Assembly (NCBI RefSeq): GCF_013122565.1
Contig: NZ_CP053258.1
Direction: 5' to 3' (one strand)
Length of the DNA: 64,000 nt
From: Escherichia coli
Lineage (GTDB): Bacteria > Pseudomonadota > Gammaproteobacteria > Enterobacterales > Enterobacteriaceae
Numbering within the stretch: the first letter of the stretch is position 1; every line of letters starts with the position of its first letter. A model generated the notes under the pieces. That model saw nothing but the letters and a program-made list of their open reading frames with translations, did no database searches and was not told where the DNA came from. A program made the translations under genes and the position numbers. Below are positions 44,617 through 54,786 of this stretch, in pieces.

Positions 44617-44821
44617 ATCTCTAACCATATGATTTAAAAACAAATCACTTCGCACGGGCAGGTTTTGGCACCGCAACAAAGCGCAAGACACGCAGTATAC
44701 CAGTAAAACTATTCATTCGCGGAATCTGTTAATAAAGCTCGAATTGTGATGACGATCACACATGTTAAAACCTATAATTAATTGCTACTAAAATATTAAT
44801 GAATTGAAATGGTGTCTCTTT

Positions 44822-47212
44822 ATGGCAATTAACAATACAGGCTCGCGACGATTACTCGTCACGCTAACAGCCCTTTTTGCAGCGCTTTGCGGGCTGTATC
44901 TACTCATTGGCGGAGGCTGGCTGGTCGCGATTGGCGGCTCCTGGTACTACCCTATCGCTGGCCTTGTGATGCTCGGCGTCGCCTGGATGCTGTGGCGCAG
45001 TAAACGTGCCGCGCTTTGGCTATACGCCGCCCTGCTGCTCGGCACCATGATTTGGGGCGTCTGGGAAGTTGGTTTCGACTTCTGGGCGCTGACTCCGCGC
45101 AGCGATATTCTGGTCTTCTTCGGCATCTGGCTGATCCTGCCGTTTGTCTGGCGTCGCCTGGTCATTCCTGCCAGCGGCGCAGTTGCCGCACTGGTGGTGG
45201 CACTGCTGATTAGCGGTAGTATCCTGACCTGGGCCGGATTTAACGATCCGCAGGAAATCAACGGCACCTTAAGCGCCGATGCCACACCTGCGGAAGCTAT
45301 CTCACCCGTTGCCGATCAGGACTGGCCTGCCTATGGTCGCAATCAGGAAGGTCAACGCTTTTCACCTCTGAAACAAATTAACGCCGATAACGTCCATAAT
45401 CTGAAAGAAGCCTGGGTGTTCCGTACTGGCGATGTGAAGCAGCCGAACGATCCGGGCGAAATCACCAATGAAGTGACGCCGATTAAAGTGGGCGACACCC
45501 TTTACCTGTGTACCGCTCACCAGCGCCTGTTTGCGCTCGATGCCGCCAGCGGCAAAGAGAAATGGCATTACGATCCTGAGCTGAAAACTAACGAGTCTTT
45601 CCAGCACGTAACCTGCCGTGGCGTCTCTTATCATGAAGCCAAAGCAGAAACGGCTTCGCCGGAAGTGATGGCGGATTGCCCGCGTCGTATCATTCTTCCA
45701 GTCAATGATGGTCGACTGATTGCGATTAACGCTGAAAACGGCAAACTGTGCGAAACCTTCGCCAATAAAGGCGTGCTCAATCTGCAAAGCAATATGCCAG
45801 ACACCAAACCGGGTCTGTATGAACCGACTTCGCCACCGATTATCACCGATAAAACCATCGTGATGGCAGGTTCAGTTACCGATAACTTCTCAACCCGCGA
45901 AACGTCTGGCGTGATCCGTGGTTTTGATGTCAACACCGGGGAGCTGCTGTGGGCTTTTGATCCGGGCGCGAAAGATCCGAACGCAATCCCGTCTGACGAA
46001 CACACCTTTACCTTTAACTCGCCAAACTCGTGGGCACCAGCGGCCTATGACGCGAAGCTGGATCTGGTGTATCTGCCGATGGGCGTGACCACGCCGGATA
46101 TCTGGGGTGGTAACCGCACACCGGAACAGGAACGTTATGCCAGCTCGATTCTGGCGCTGAATGCCACAACCGGGAAATTGGCGTGGAGCTACCAGACCGT
46201 TCACCACGACCTGTGGGATATGGATCTTCCGGCACAGCCGACGCTGGCGGACATCACCGTTAATGGTCAGAAAGTGCCAGTTATTTACGCTCCGGCGAAA
46301 ACCGGCAACATTTTTGTGCTCGATCGTCGTAATGGCGAACTGGTGGTTCCGGCACCGGAAAAACCGGTTCCCCAAGGTGCTGCCAAAGGCGATTACGTTA
46401 CCCCTACTCAACCATTCTCGGAACTGAGCTTCCGTCCGACGAAAGATTTGAGCGGTGCGGATATGTGGGGAGCCACCATGTTTGACCAACTGGTGTGCCG
46501 CGTGATGTTCCACCAGATGCGCTATGAAGGCATTTTCACGCCGCCATCTGAACAGGGCACGCTGGTCTTCCCGGGTAACCTGGGAATGTTTGAATGGGGC
46601 GGGATTTCCGTTGATCCAAATCGTGAAGTGGCAATTGCCAACCCAATGGCACTGCCGTTTGTTTCGAAACTGATCCCACGCGGTCCGGGTAACCCGATGG
46701 AGCAGCCGAAAGATGCCAAAGGCACGGGTACGGAATCCGGCATTCAGCCACAGTACGGTGTACCGTATGGTGTCACGCTCAACCCGTTCCTCTCACCATT
46801 TGGTCTGCCATGTAAACAGCCAGCATGGGGTTATATCTCGGCGCTGGATCTGAAAACTAATGAAGTGGTGTGGAAGAAACGTATTGGTACGCCGCAGGAC
46901 AGCATGCCGTTCCCGATGCCTGTACCGGTGCCGTTCAATATGGGTATGCCGATGCTGGGCGGGCCAATCTCCACGGCGGGTAACGTGCTGTTTATCGCCG
47001 CTACGGCAGATAACTACCTGCGCGCTTACAACATGAGCAACGGTGAAAAACTGTGGCAGGGTCGTTTACCAGCGGGTGGTCAGGCGACGCCAATGACCTA
47101 TGAAGTGAATGGTAAGCAGTATGTGGTGATCTCCGCAGGCGGTCACGGTTCATTTGGTACGAAGATGGGCGACTATATTGTGGCTTATGCGCTGCCGGAT
47201 GATGTGAAGTAA
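44822..47212 (+). CDS. gcd: Quinoprotein (PQQ-dependent) glucose dehydrogenase, membrane-bound
   Basis: Recognised start MAINNTGSRRLLVTLTALFA at ATG 44822 (796 aa); N-terminal transmembrane segments and PQQ beta-propeller. Confidence 0.95.
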   Translation: MAINNTGSRRLLVTLTALFAALCGLYLLIGGGWLVAIGGSWYYPIAGLVMLGVAWMLWRSKRAALWLYAALLLGTMIWGVWEVGFDFWALTPRSDILVFFGIWLILPFVWRRLVIPASGAVAALVVALLISGSILTWAGFNDPQEINGTLSADATPAEAISPVADQDWPAYGRNQEGQRFSPLKQINADNVHNLKEAWVFRTGDVKQPNDPGEITNEVTPIKVGDTLYLCTAHQRLFALDAASGKEKWHYDPELKTNESFQHVTCRGVSYHEAKAETASPEVMADCPRRIILPVNDGRLIAINAENGKLCETFANKGVLNLQSNMPDTKPGLYEPTSPPIITDKTIVMAGSVTDNFSTRETSGVIRGFDVNTGELLWAFDPGAKDPNAIPSDEHTFTFNSPNSWAPAAYDAKLDLVYLPMGVTTPDIWGGNRTPEQERYASSILALNATTGKLAWSYQTVHHDLWDMDLPAQPTLADITVNGQKVPVIYAPAKTGNIFVLDRRNGELVVPAPEKPVPQGAAKGDYVTPTQPFSELSFRPTKDLSGADMWGATMFDQLVCRVMFHQMRYEGIFTPPSEQGTLVFPGNLGMFEWGGISVDPNREVAIANPMALPFVSKLIPRGPGNPMEQPKDAKGTGTESGIQPQYGVPYGVTLNPFLSPFGLPCKQPAWGYISALDLKTNEVVWKKRIGTPQDSMPFPMPVPVPFNMGMPMLGGPISTAGNVLFIAATADNYLRAYNMSNGEKLWQGRLPAGGQATPMTYEVNGKQYVVISAGGHGSFGTKMGDYIVAYALPDDVK

Positions 47213-47250
47213 GACTTGCTCAGATTGCTGACAACGTGCGCGTTGTTCAT

Positions 47251-47349
47251 GCCGGATGCGGCGTGAACGCCTTATCCAGCCTACAAAATTGTGCAAAATC
47301 AATGGATTGCACAGGTAACGTAGGCCTGATAAGCGTAGCGCATCAGGCA
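47251..47349. repeat. BIME / RIP-type element (REP - IHF-like core - REP) between gcd and cueO
   Basis: gccggatgcggcgtgaacgccttatccagcctac and inverted gtaggcctgataagcgtagcgcatcaggc flank a central aatcaatggattg matching the IHF consensus WATCAANNNNTTR. Confidence 0.75.
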
Positions 47350-47372
47350 GATTTGCGTTTGTCATCAGTTTA

Positions 47373-47394
47373 ATGCCCGGAGAGATCCGGGCAT
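47373..47394. terminator. Hairpin downstream of cueO (putative terminator)
   Basis: atgcccgg-agagat-ccgggcat stem-loop about 20 nt 3' of the cueO stop; no clean U-run. Confidence 0.4.
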
Positions 47395-47413
47395 ATTCCC
47401 GAATACGGTCTTT

Positions 47414-48964
47414 TTATACCGTAAACCCTAACATCATCCCCGTATCTTCATGCTCCAGCAGATGGCAGTGCGCCATATAAGCATGTTCTTTCGGTGCGTC
47501 GTGATTAAACTTCACCAGCACTTCACTGACATTGCCTTCTACCTTAACGGTATCTTTCCAGCCCGCGCGATGAGCCGCTGGCGGTTTGCCATTTTCTGAC
47601 AAGATACGGAACTGCGTGCCGTGAATATGGAACGGATGCAGCATCATGTCGCCCACGCCAGAGATAACCCAACGTTCGTACTGCCCTTTCGCCGCCGCAA
47701 ACATCGGCTTATTCATATCAAACGCCTGACCGTTGATTTTATTGGCATGGTGGAAATCGAACTTCCCGCCGTGGTTCATATGATTCATATTGCCGTGCCC
47801 CATATGGCCCATCATCTGGCTGTGATCCATTCCGGCCATCGCCTGATCGCCATATTTCTCCATTAGCATCTGCATCCCCATCATATCGAGCATCGGGTCC
47901 ATAGAAAGTTGCAGCTTGCGTACCGTCAGCCCTTCCAGCGAAGGTAACGCAGGCAGGCTACTTAATGTGTCTGGCAAAGCACCGGAGGCACTAATAGCAA
48001 TCGGCTGAATCCGCATTACCGGATGCGGCTTGTCAAACGGTGCAATCGCCATCCCCATCTGGCTGACCGGCAGCGTCACCAGGTCAAATGGTTTGTTGTC
48101 GTTAACCTCCACCAGCACTTCAAAACGCTCGCCCATCAGCACCGGCAGTTCGCTCACCTTCACCGGTTCAGGTAGCAGACCACCGTCGCTGGCAATCACA
48201 TAAAGCGGGCGATTGTCGCTGGTGGCGAAATTGAGCGAGCGGGCATTACAGCCATTGAGCAAACGCAGGCGCAGCCAACCACGCGGGGCAGCGTGTTGCG
48301 GGTAGATTGCACCGTTGGTCAGCAACGTATCGCCAAACCAGCCCACGGCGGCGGTCATCACATCCAGTTGATAATCAATCTGCCCGTCGGCGCTAAATTT
48401 CTTATCCTGAACGATCACCGGAACATCATCGATACCCCACTGTTTTGGCAGCATTAATTTCAGGATCTCGTCATCTTCAATTACCACCAGCCCAGCCAGC
48501 CCCATCGCCACCTGTCGCCCGGTCTTGCCATGTTGATGTGGATGGAACCAGCAGGTAGCGGCAGGTTGATCAACGTTCAACGTCACCGAGCGCTTGCCAC
48601 CTGGCGGAATAATTCCCTGTGGGCCGCCGTCGACTTCACCCGGTACTTCCAGCCCGTGCCAGTGCAACGTCGTCTCTTCCGTCAGTTGGTTATAGATATC
48701 AACCGTTACCGCTTTGCCGCGCTGTAATTTCACCGCCGGCCCCAGCAGATTGCCGTTATAGCCCCAGGTAGTTGCAGTTTTCTCGCCAAAGGTAGACTGA
48801 CCTGCGCCAATAGTTAACTGAATGCGATTACGGGCATCGGTCGTGAGCAAATCAGGGATCGGTAACGTTGGGCGTTCCGCCGCAAAGACTGCACGGCTCC
48901 ACAGTGGCAAGGCTGAAGCCACACCCAGTGCGACGGAATATTTCAAGAAATCACGACGTTGCAT
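47414..48964 (-). CDS. cueO: Multicopper oxidase CueO (periplasmic cuprous oxidase)
   Basis: Track ORF to 49003; recognised start [22 protein letters not shown] (Tat RR motif) at 48964; Met-rich insert and copper-ligand motifs ([17 protein letters not shown]). Confidence 0.95.
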   Translation of the reverse strand: MQRRDFLKYSVALGVASALPLWSRAVFAAERPTLPIPDLLTTDARNRIQLTIGAGQSTFGEKTATTWGYNGNLLGPAVKLQRGKAVTVDIYNQLTEETTLHWHGLEVPGEVDGGPQGIIPPGGKRSVTLNVDQPAATCWFHPHQHGKTGRQVAMGLAGLVVIEDDEILKLMLPKQWGIDDVPVIVQDKKFSADGQIDYQLDVMTAAVGWFGDTLLTNGAIYPQHAAPRGWLRLRLLNGCNARSLNFATSDNRPLYVIASDGGLLPEPVKVSELPVLMGERFEVLVEVNDNKPFDLVTLPVSQMGMAIAPFDKPHPVMRIQPIAISASGALPDTLSSLPALPSLEGLTVRKLQLSMDPMLDMMGMQMLMEKYGDQAMAGMDHSQMMGHMGHGNMNHMNHGGKFDFHHANKINGQAFDMNKPMFAAAKGQYERWVISGVGDMMLHPFHIHGTQFRILSENGKPPAAHRAGWKDTVKVEGNVSEVLVKFNHDAPKEHAYMAHCHLLEHEDTGMMLGFTV

Positions 48965-49017
48965 AGTTATTTCCTTATTTTTAAGCAGGCGAAACAAAAT
49001 CAAACGTTGAGCATAGT

Positions 49018-49036
49018 CCTTCCCCTTACGGGAAGG
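49018..49036. promoter_or_regulatory. Candidate CueR (MerR-family) operator in the cueO/yacC divergent region
   Basis: Perfect dyad CCTTCC-N7-GGAAGG located about 55 nt upstream of the cueO start. Confidence 0.6.
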
Positions 49037-49129
49037 TCAAGCCGCAGACACAATTTAATCGACAATAATGGTCGTCGCCTCGCTCGCAGTGTGCTAACGT
49101 TTATCTTCTTTAAGCCCCTGGTAGAAGCA

Positions 49130-49477
49130 ATGAAGACGTTTTTCAGAACAGTGTTATTCGGCAGCCTGATGGCCGTTTGCGCAAACAGTTACGCGCTCAG
49201 CGAGTCTGAAGCCGAAGATATGGCCGATTTAACGGCAGTTTTTGTCTTTCTGAAGAACGATTGTGGTTACCAGAACTTACCTAACGGGCAAATTCGTCGC
49301 GCACTGGTCTTTTTCGCCCAGCAAAACCAGTGGGATCTCAGTAACTACGACACCTTCGACATGAAAGCCCTCGGTGAAGACAGCTACCGCGATCTCAGCG
49401 GCATTGGCATTCCCGTCGCTAAAAAATGCAAAGCCCTGGCCCGCGATTCCTTAAGCCTGCTTGCCTACGTCAAATAA
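49130..49477 (+). CDS. yacC: Uncharacterized periplasmic protein YacC
   Basis: Track ORF 48959..49477; recognised start MKTFFRTVLFGSLMAVCANSYA at ATG 49130 (115 aa, signal peptide). Confidence 0.88.
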   Translation: MKTFFRTVLFGSLMAVCANSYALSESEAEDMADLTAVFVFLKNDCGYQNLPNGQIRRALVFFAQQNQWDLSNYDTFDMKALGEDSYRDLSGIGIPVAKKCKALARDSLSLLAYVK

Positions 49478-49582
49478 TCCCTGATACCTTTTTGTAGAAA
49501 TATTGACCGTGCATCCGCGGTCAATGTTAGCTATTATGTTGCGCCCTTTTTTTACGGGTGTTAACAAAGGAGGTATCAACCC

Positions 49583-50449
49583 ATGGCCGAAAAAAAACAG
49601 TGGCATGAAACGCTACACGACCAGTTTGGGCAGTACTTTGCGGTAGATAACGTTCTGTATCATGAAAAGACCGATCACCAGGATCTGATCATTTTTGAGA
49701 ACGCTGCATTTGGTCGCGTAATGGCGCTGGATGGCGTAGTACAAACCACCGAGCGCGACGAGTTTATCTATCATGAGATGATGACCCATGTTCCGCTACT
49801 GGCCCACGGTCACGCGAAACATGTGCTGATTATCGGCGGCGGCGACGGTGCCATGCTGCGTGAAGTAACCCGACATAAAAACGTTGAGTCAATCACGATG
49901 GTGGAAATCGATGCGGGTGTCGTATCGTTCTGCCGTCAGTATCTACCCAACCATAACGCCGGTAGCTACGACGATCCGCGCTTTAAGCTGGTGATCGATG
50001 ATGGCGTCAATTTCGTTAATCAAACCAGCCAGACCTTTGATGTCATTATCTCCGACTGCACCGATCCTATCGGTCCCGGCGAAAGCCTTTTCACTTCGGC
50101 ATTTTATGAAGGCTGCAAACGTTGCCTGAATCCTGGCGGTATCTTCGTCGCACAAAACGGCGTCTGCTTTTTACAGCAGGAAGAAGCCATCGACAGCCAT
50201 CGCAAACTCAGCCATTACTTCAGCGACGTTGGCTTTTATCAGGCGGCGATCCCGACCTATTACGGCGGTATCATGACTTTTGCATGGGCGACAGATAACG
50301 ACGCCTTACGCCATCTCTCAACCGAAATTATTCAGGCGCGTTTTCTCGCCTCTGGCCTGAAATGCCGTTATTACAATCCGGCAATCCATACGGCAGCTTT
50401 TGCCTTACCTCAGTATCTGCAAGACGCACTGGCTTCACAGCCGTCCTAA
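49583..50449 (+). CDS. speE: Spermidine synthase
   Basis: 288-aa [41 protein letters not shown] with GGGDG motif. Confidence 0.96.
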   Translation: MAEKKQWHETLHDQFGQYFAVDNVLYHEKTDHQDLIIFENAAFGRVMALDGVVQTTERDEFIYHEMMTHVPLLAHGHAKHVLIIGGGDGAMLREVTRHKNVESITMVEIDAGVVSFCRQYLPNHNAGSYDDPRFKLVIDDGVNFVNQTSQTFDVIISDCTDPIGPGESLFTSAFYEGCKRCLNPGGIFVAQNGVCFLQQEEAIDSHRKLSHYFSDVGFYQAAIPTYYGGIMTFAWATDNDALRHLSTEIIQARFLASGLKCRYYNPAIHTAAFALPQYLQDALASQPS

Positions 50450-50464
50450 GGAGAAGATAAGAAA

Positions 50465-51259
50465 TTGAAAAAACTGAAACTGCATGGCTTTAATAATCTG
50501 ACCAAAAGTCTGAGTTTTTGTATTTACGATATCTGCTACGCCAAAACTGCCGAAGAGCGCGACGGTTATATTGCTTATATCGATGAACTCTATAATGCCA
50601 ACCGTCTGACCGAAATCCTGTCAGAAACCTGTTCCATTATCGGGGCCAATATTCTTAACATCGCCCGCCAGGATTACGAACCACAGGGTGCCAGCGTCAC
50701 TATTCTGGTGAGTGAAGAACCGGTCGACCCGAAACTCATCGACAAAACAGAACACCCCGGCCCACTGCCAGAAACGGTCGTTGCCCATCTCGATAAAAGT
50801 CATATTTGCGTACATACCTACCCGGAAAGTCATCCTGAAGGCGGTTTATGTACCTTCCGCGCCGATATTGAAGTCTCTACCTGCGGCGTGATTTCTCCGC
50901 TGAAGGCGCTGAATTACCTGATCCACCAGCTTGAGTCCGATATCGTAACCATTGATTATCGCGTGCGCGGTTTTACCCGCGACATTAACGGTATGAAGCA
51001 CTTTATCGACCATGAGATTAATTCGATTCAGAACTTTATGTCTGACGATATGAAGGCGCTGTATGACATGGTGGATGTGAACGTCTATCAGGAAAATATC
51101 TTCCATACCAAGATGTTGCTTAAAGAGTTCGACCTTAAGCACTACATGTTCCACACCAAACCGGAAGACTTAACCGACAGCGAGCGCCAGGAAATTACCG
51201 CTGCGCTGTGGAAAGAAATGCGCGAGATTTATTACGGGCGCAATATGCCAGCTGTTTAA
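50465..51259 (+). CDS. speD: S-adenosylmethionine decarboxylase proenzyme
   Basis: 264-aa ORF (M)[26 protein letters not shown]; first codon in the track is TTG at 50465. Confidence 0.93.
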
Positions 51260-51264
51260 CGGCT

Positions 51265-51298
51265 CTGGCGGAGCTCCCAGGCTCCGCCAGATTTATTT
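51265..51298. terminator. Bidirectional terminator between convergent speD and yacL
   Basis: ctggcggagc-tcccag-gctccgccag 10-bp stem followed by atttattt; abuts the yacL stop. Confidence 0.7.
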
Positions 51299-51659
51299 AC
51301 TTCTGCTGCACGAAATTGCGGTAAGCCGCCACGACCTGCAGAAAATCCTCAACGCCGCATAGCGACAGGCTTTCTTCGTCGTAGTAGTTCATCCCCTCTT
51401 CCATTTCATCGCCAGCGAATTCCAGTTGATTGGCGCGAACCATCACCTCTTCACCGTCCATCCACAGGGTGTATTCATGCCCTGCCCGTTGCCAGGACCG
51501 TTCGCTACCTTTCAGTGCGTGCGCTGCTTGTTCCACTTCATCAAGCAAGGCCAGGTTTTCTTTCACCTCTTCATTAAACCAGTGCCCGACCACTTCATGC
51601 CCCATGGACATACGCACCTTTACCACTCCGGTAATATCGCGCAGAAATTCGTAATCCAT
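51297..51659 (-). CDS. yacL: UPF0231 protein YacL
   Basis: Track ORF to 51707; recognised start [23 protein letters not shown] at 51659 (120 aa). Confidence 0.9.
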
Positions 51660-51765
51660 AGTGTGTTCCTCTGCTCCCGGCAATGCACCGAAATCGCATT
51701 GCGCCATTGATGTAATTATCGCAGCCTTACCGGAGAAAAACAGCGGAACGGCGATGGTTTAGAAA

Positions 51766-51799
51766 TAAAAAAATGCCCGGGAATCTCATTCACCGGGCA
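51766..51799 (-). terminator. Rho-independent terminator of acnB
   Basis: On the minus strand atgcccgg-(loop)-ccgggcat followed by ttttttt, about 40 nt after the acnB stop. Confidence 0.75.
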
Positions 51800-51834
51800 T
51801 TGTGTCGTTTATGCGCAGCGCGTGCGCTGACTTT

Positions 51835-54432
51835 TTAAACCGCAGTCTGGAAAATCACCCCATCGGCTTTCTCGGTGTACTGAGAAAGCTGGTTGAAGTT
51901 CAGATAACGGTAAGTATCAACGGCTGTTTTATCTACCTGCGCCACGTAGGTCTGGTACTCTTCCGGCGTCGGCAGTTTGCCAATCAGCGCCGCAACAGCA
52001 GCCAGTTCCGCAGAAGCCAGGAAGACATTCGCGCCAGTACCCAGACGGTTCGGGAAGTTACGGGTAGAGGTGGAAACCACCGTTGCACCGTCCGCCACAC
52101 GCGCCTGGTTACCCATACACAGGGAACAGCCAGGGATCTCGATACGCGCACCACTCTTACCGAAGACGCTGTAGTAGCCTTCTTCAGTCAACTGTGCGGC
52201 GTCCATACGGGTTGGCGGTGCCACCCACAGGCGGGTCGGCAACTGGCCTTTATGCGCATCCAGCAGTTTACCCGCAGCACGGAAGTGACCGATGTTGGTC
52301 ATGCAGGAACCGATAAACACTTCGTCGATCTTCTCACCCTGTACCGCAGACAGCGGACGCGCGTCATCCGGGTCGTTCGGAGCACACAGGATTGGCTCTT
52401 TAATATCCGCCAGATCGATGTCGATCACTGCCGCGTATTCCGCATCTGCATCGGCTTCCAGCAGCTCAGGATTCGCCAGCCATTTTTCCATGCCCTGAAT
52501 ACGACGTTCCAGGGTACGACGATCGCCGTAACCTTCCGCGATCATCCACTTCAGCAGGACGATGTTAGAATTCAGGTATTCGATGATCGGCTCTTTGTTC
52601 AGCTTGATGGTACAACCGGCAGCAGAACGCTCGGCGGACGCATCGGTCAGTTCAAATGCCTGCTCAACTTTCAGATCCGGCAGACCTTCAATTTCCAGAA
52701 TGCGACCAGAGAAGATGTTTTTCTTGCCTTTCTTCTCAACGGTCAGCAGACCTTGTTTGATCGCATACAGCGGAATGGCGTGTACCAGATCGCGCAGGGT
52801 GATGCCCGGCTGCATTTTGCCTTTGAAGCGCACCAGAACGGATTCCGGCATATCCAGCGGCATTACGCCTGTTGCGGCTGCAAATGCCACCAGACCAGAA
52901 CCCGCCGGGAAAGAGATACCGATCGGGAAACGGGTATGGGAGTCACCACCGGTACCGACGGTATCCGGCAGCAGCATACGGTTCAGCCAGGAGTGGATTA
53001 CGCCGTCACCCGGACGCAGCGACACACCGCCACGGTTCATAATGAAGTCCGGCAGCGTGTGGTGCGTGTTCACGTCAACTGGCTTCGGATACGCCGCGGT
53101 GTGGCAGAAAGACTGCATCACCAGGTCAGCCGAGAAGCCCAGGCACGCCAGGTCTTTCAGTTCATCACGGGTCATCGGGCCTGTGGTGTCCTGAGAGCCT
53201 ACAGAAGTCATTTTCGGTTCACAGTACGCGCCCGGACGAATGCCTTTCACGCCACAGGCACGGCCTACCATTTTTTGCGCCAGCGAGAAGCCGCGATCGC
53301 TCTCAGCGACATCTTTCGCCTGACGGAACACATCACTGTGCGGCAGACCAAGTGCTTCACGCGCTTTGGTGGTCAGGCCACGCCCGATAATCAGCGGAAT
53401 ACGGCCGCCAGCACGCACTTCATCAATCAGCACGTCGGTTTTCAGTTCGAAGGTCGCCAGCAGTTCGCCTGTTTCGTGGTTACGCACTTCACCTTTGTAC
53501 GGGTAAACGTCAATCACGTCGCCCATGTTCAGGTTAGAGACGTCGACTTCGATTGGCAGTGCACCCGCGTCTTCCATCGTGTTAAAGAAGATGGGTGCAA
53601 TTTTACCGCCGAGGCACAAACCACCGCCGCGTTTGTTCGGCACATGTGGAATATCATCGCCCATAAACCACAGAACGGAGTTCGTGGCGGATTTACGCGA
53701 TGAACCCGTACCCACAACGTCACCGACGTACGCCAGCGGGAAACCTTTCTGTTGCAGAGCTTCAATCTGTTTGATCGGGCCAACAACACCTGGCTGGTCT
53801 GGCTCAATACCTTCACGGGCGTTTTTCAGCATCGCCAGCGCGTGCAGTGGGATATCCGGGCGCGACCACGCATCCGGTGCCGGAGAAAGGTCATCGGTGT
53901 TGGTTTCGCCAGTGACTTTGAAGACGGTAACGGTCAGTTTTTCAGCCAGCGCCGGGCGATTCAGGAACCATTCGGCATCCGCCCAGGACTGCATTACCTG
54001 CTTCGCATATTCGTTGCCTGCTTTCGCTTTCTCTTCTACGTCATAGAAGTTATCGAACATCAGCAGTGTGTGAGAAAGTGCTTTGGCAGCGATCGGTGCC
54101 AGTTTGGCATCATCCAGCGCGTCGATCAGCGGATGAATGTTGTAACCACCCTGCATGGTACCCAGCAGTTCGATGGCTTTTTCCGGAGTCAGCAGAGGGG
54201 ATTTGGCTTCGCCTTTAGCGATAGCAGCCAGGAAGCCTGCTTTGACATAGGCGGCTTCATCGACGCCAGGGGGAACACGGTTGGTTAATAGATCTAACAG
54301 GAATTCTTCTTCGCCCGCGGGCGGGTTTTTCAGCAGCTCTACAAGTGCGGCCATTTGGTTTGCATCCAGGGGTTTGGGCGCAATCCCCTCAGCGGCACGC
54401 TCAGCTACGTGCTTACGGTATTCTTCTAGCAC
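51835..54432 (-). CDS. acnB: Aconitate hydratase B (bifunctional aconitase / 2-methylisocitrate dehydratase)
   Basis: Track ORF to 54585; the recognised N-terminus (M)[21 protein letters not shown] corresponds to a GTG at 54432 preceded by AGGAGA (865 codons). Confidence 0.93.
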   Translation of the reverse strand: MLEEYRKHVAERAAEGIAPKPLDANQMAALVELLKNPPAGEEEFLLDLLTNRVPPGVDEAAYVKAGFLAAIAKGEAKSPLLTPEKAIELLGTMQGGYNIHPLIDALDDAKLAPIAAKALSHTLLMFDNFYDVEEKAKAGNEYAKQVMQSWADAEWFLNRPALAEKLTVTVFKVTGETNTDDLSPAPDAWSRPDIPLHALAMLKNAREGIEPDQPGVVGPIKQIEALQQKGFPLAYVGDVVGTGSSRKSATNSVLWFMGDDIPHVPNKRGGGLCLGGKIAPIFFNTMEDAGALPIEVDVSNLNMGDVIDVYPYKGEVRNHETGELLATFELKTDVLIDEVRAGGRIPLIIGRGLTTKAREALGLPHSDVFRQAKDVAESDRGFSLAQKMVGRACGVKGIRPGAYCEPKMTSVGSQDTTGPMTRDELKDLACLGFSADLVMQSFCHTAAYPKPVDVNTHHTLPDFIMNRGGVSLRPGDGVIHSWLNRMLLPDTVGTGGDSHTRFPIGISFPAGSGLVAFAAATGVMPLDMPESVLVRFKGKMQPGITLRDLVHAIPLYAIKQGLLTVEKKGKKNIFSGRILEIEGLPDLKVEQAFELTDASAERSAAGCTIKLNKEPIIEYLNSNIVLLKWMIAEGYGDRRTLERRIQGMEKWLANPELLEADADAEYAAVIDIDLADIKEPILCAPNDPDDARPLSAVQGEKIDEVFIGSCMTNIGHFRAAGKLLDAHKGQLPTRLWVAPPTRMDAAQLTEEGYYSVFGKSGARIEIPGCSLCMGNQARVADGATVVSTSTRNFPNRLGTGANVFLASAELAAVAALIGKLPTPEEYQTYVAQVDKTAVDTYRYLNFNQLSQYTEKADGVIFQTAV

Positions 54433-54786
54433 GACGGTTCTCCTCGCTCTCATTGTCATAGTGCGGCAGGCGATTCTCTTCACGCTCCTGTGAGACAGCA
54501 GTTTGTAGGGTAAATGCCCAGTACCGCAACGGGCAGAATAGCAGGATTTTGACGACGTGTTAATCTGTTTACAAAAAAGCAACATAAAAAAGTGGCTGAA
54601 TCGTTAAGGATGGTCTAGAGATTGTTTCCCTCCGTAAAAACTTCGTTAATTCGCATGGTGATAATCACCTTTCTCAACGAATCCCAAGATTAGTCAAAAT
54701 TTAAACTACCGCCTCTTTATACTCGGATTCACAGCACCTGCGGGTGGCAGTTCGCCGACCATTGCGATTTCCTTGAGATCCGAATT

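Noticed and set aside
45890-46513. 207-aa ORF on the minus strand
   Set aside because: Antisense within gcd; no support.
51802-53703. 633-aa ORF on the plus strand
   Set aside because: Lies entirely antisense to acnB; the product is low-complexity and Arg/Thr/Gln-rich with no recognisable domain; typical spurious antisense frame in a highly expressed gene.
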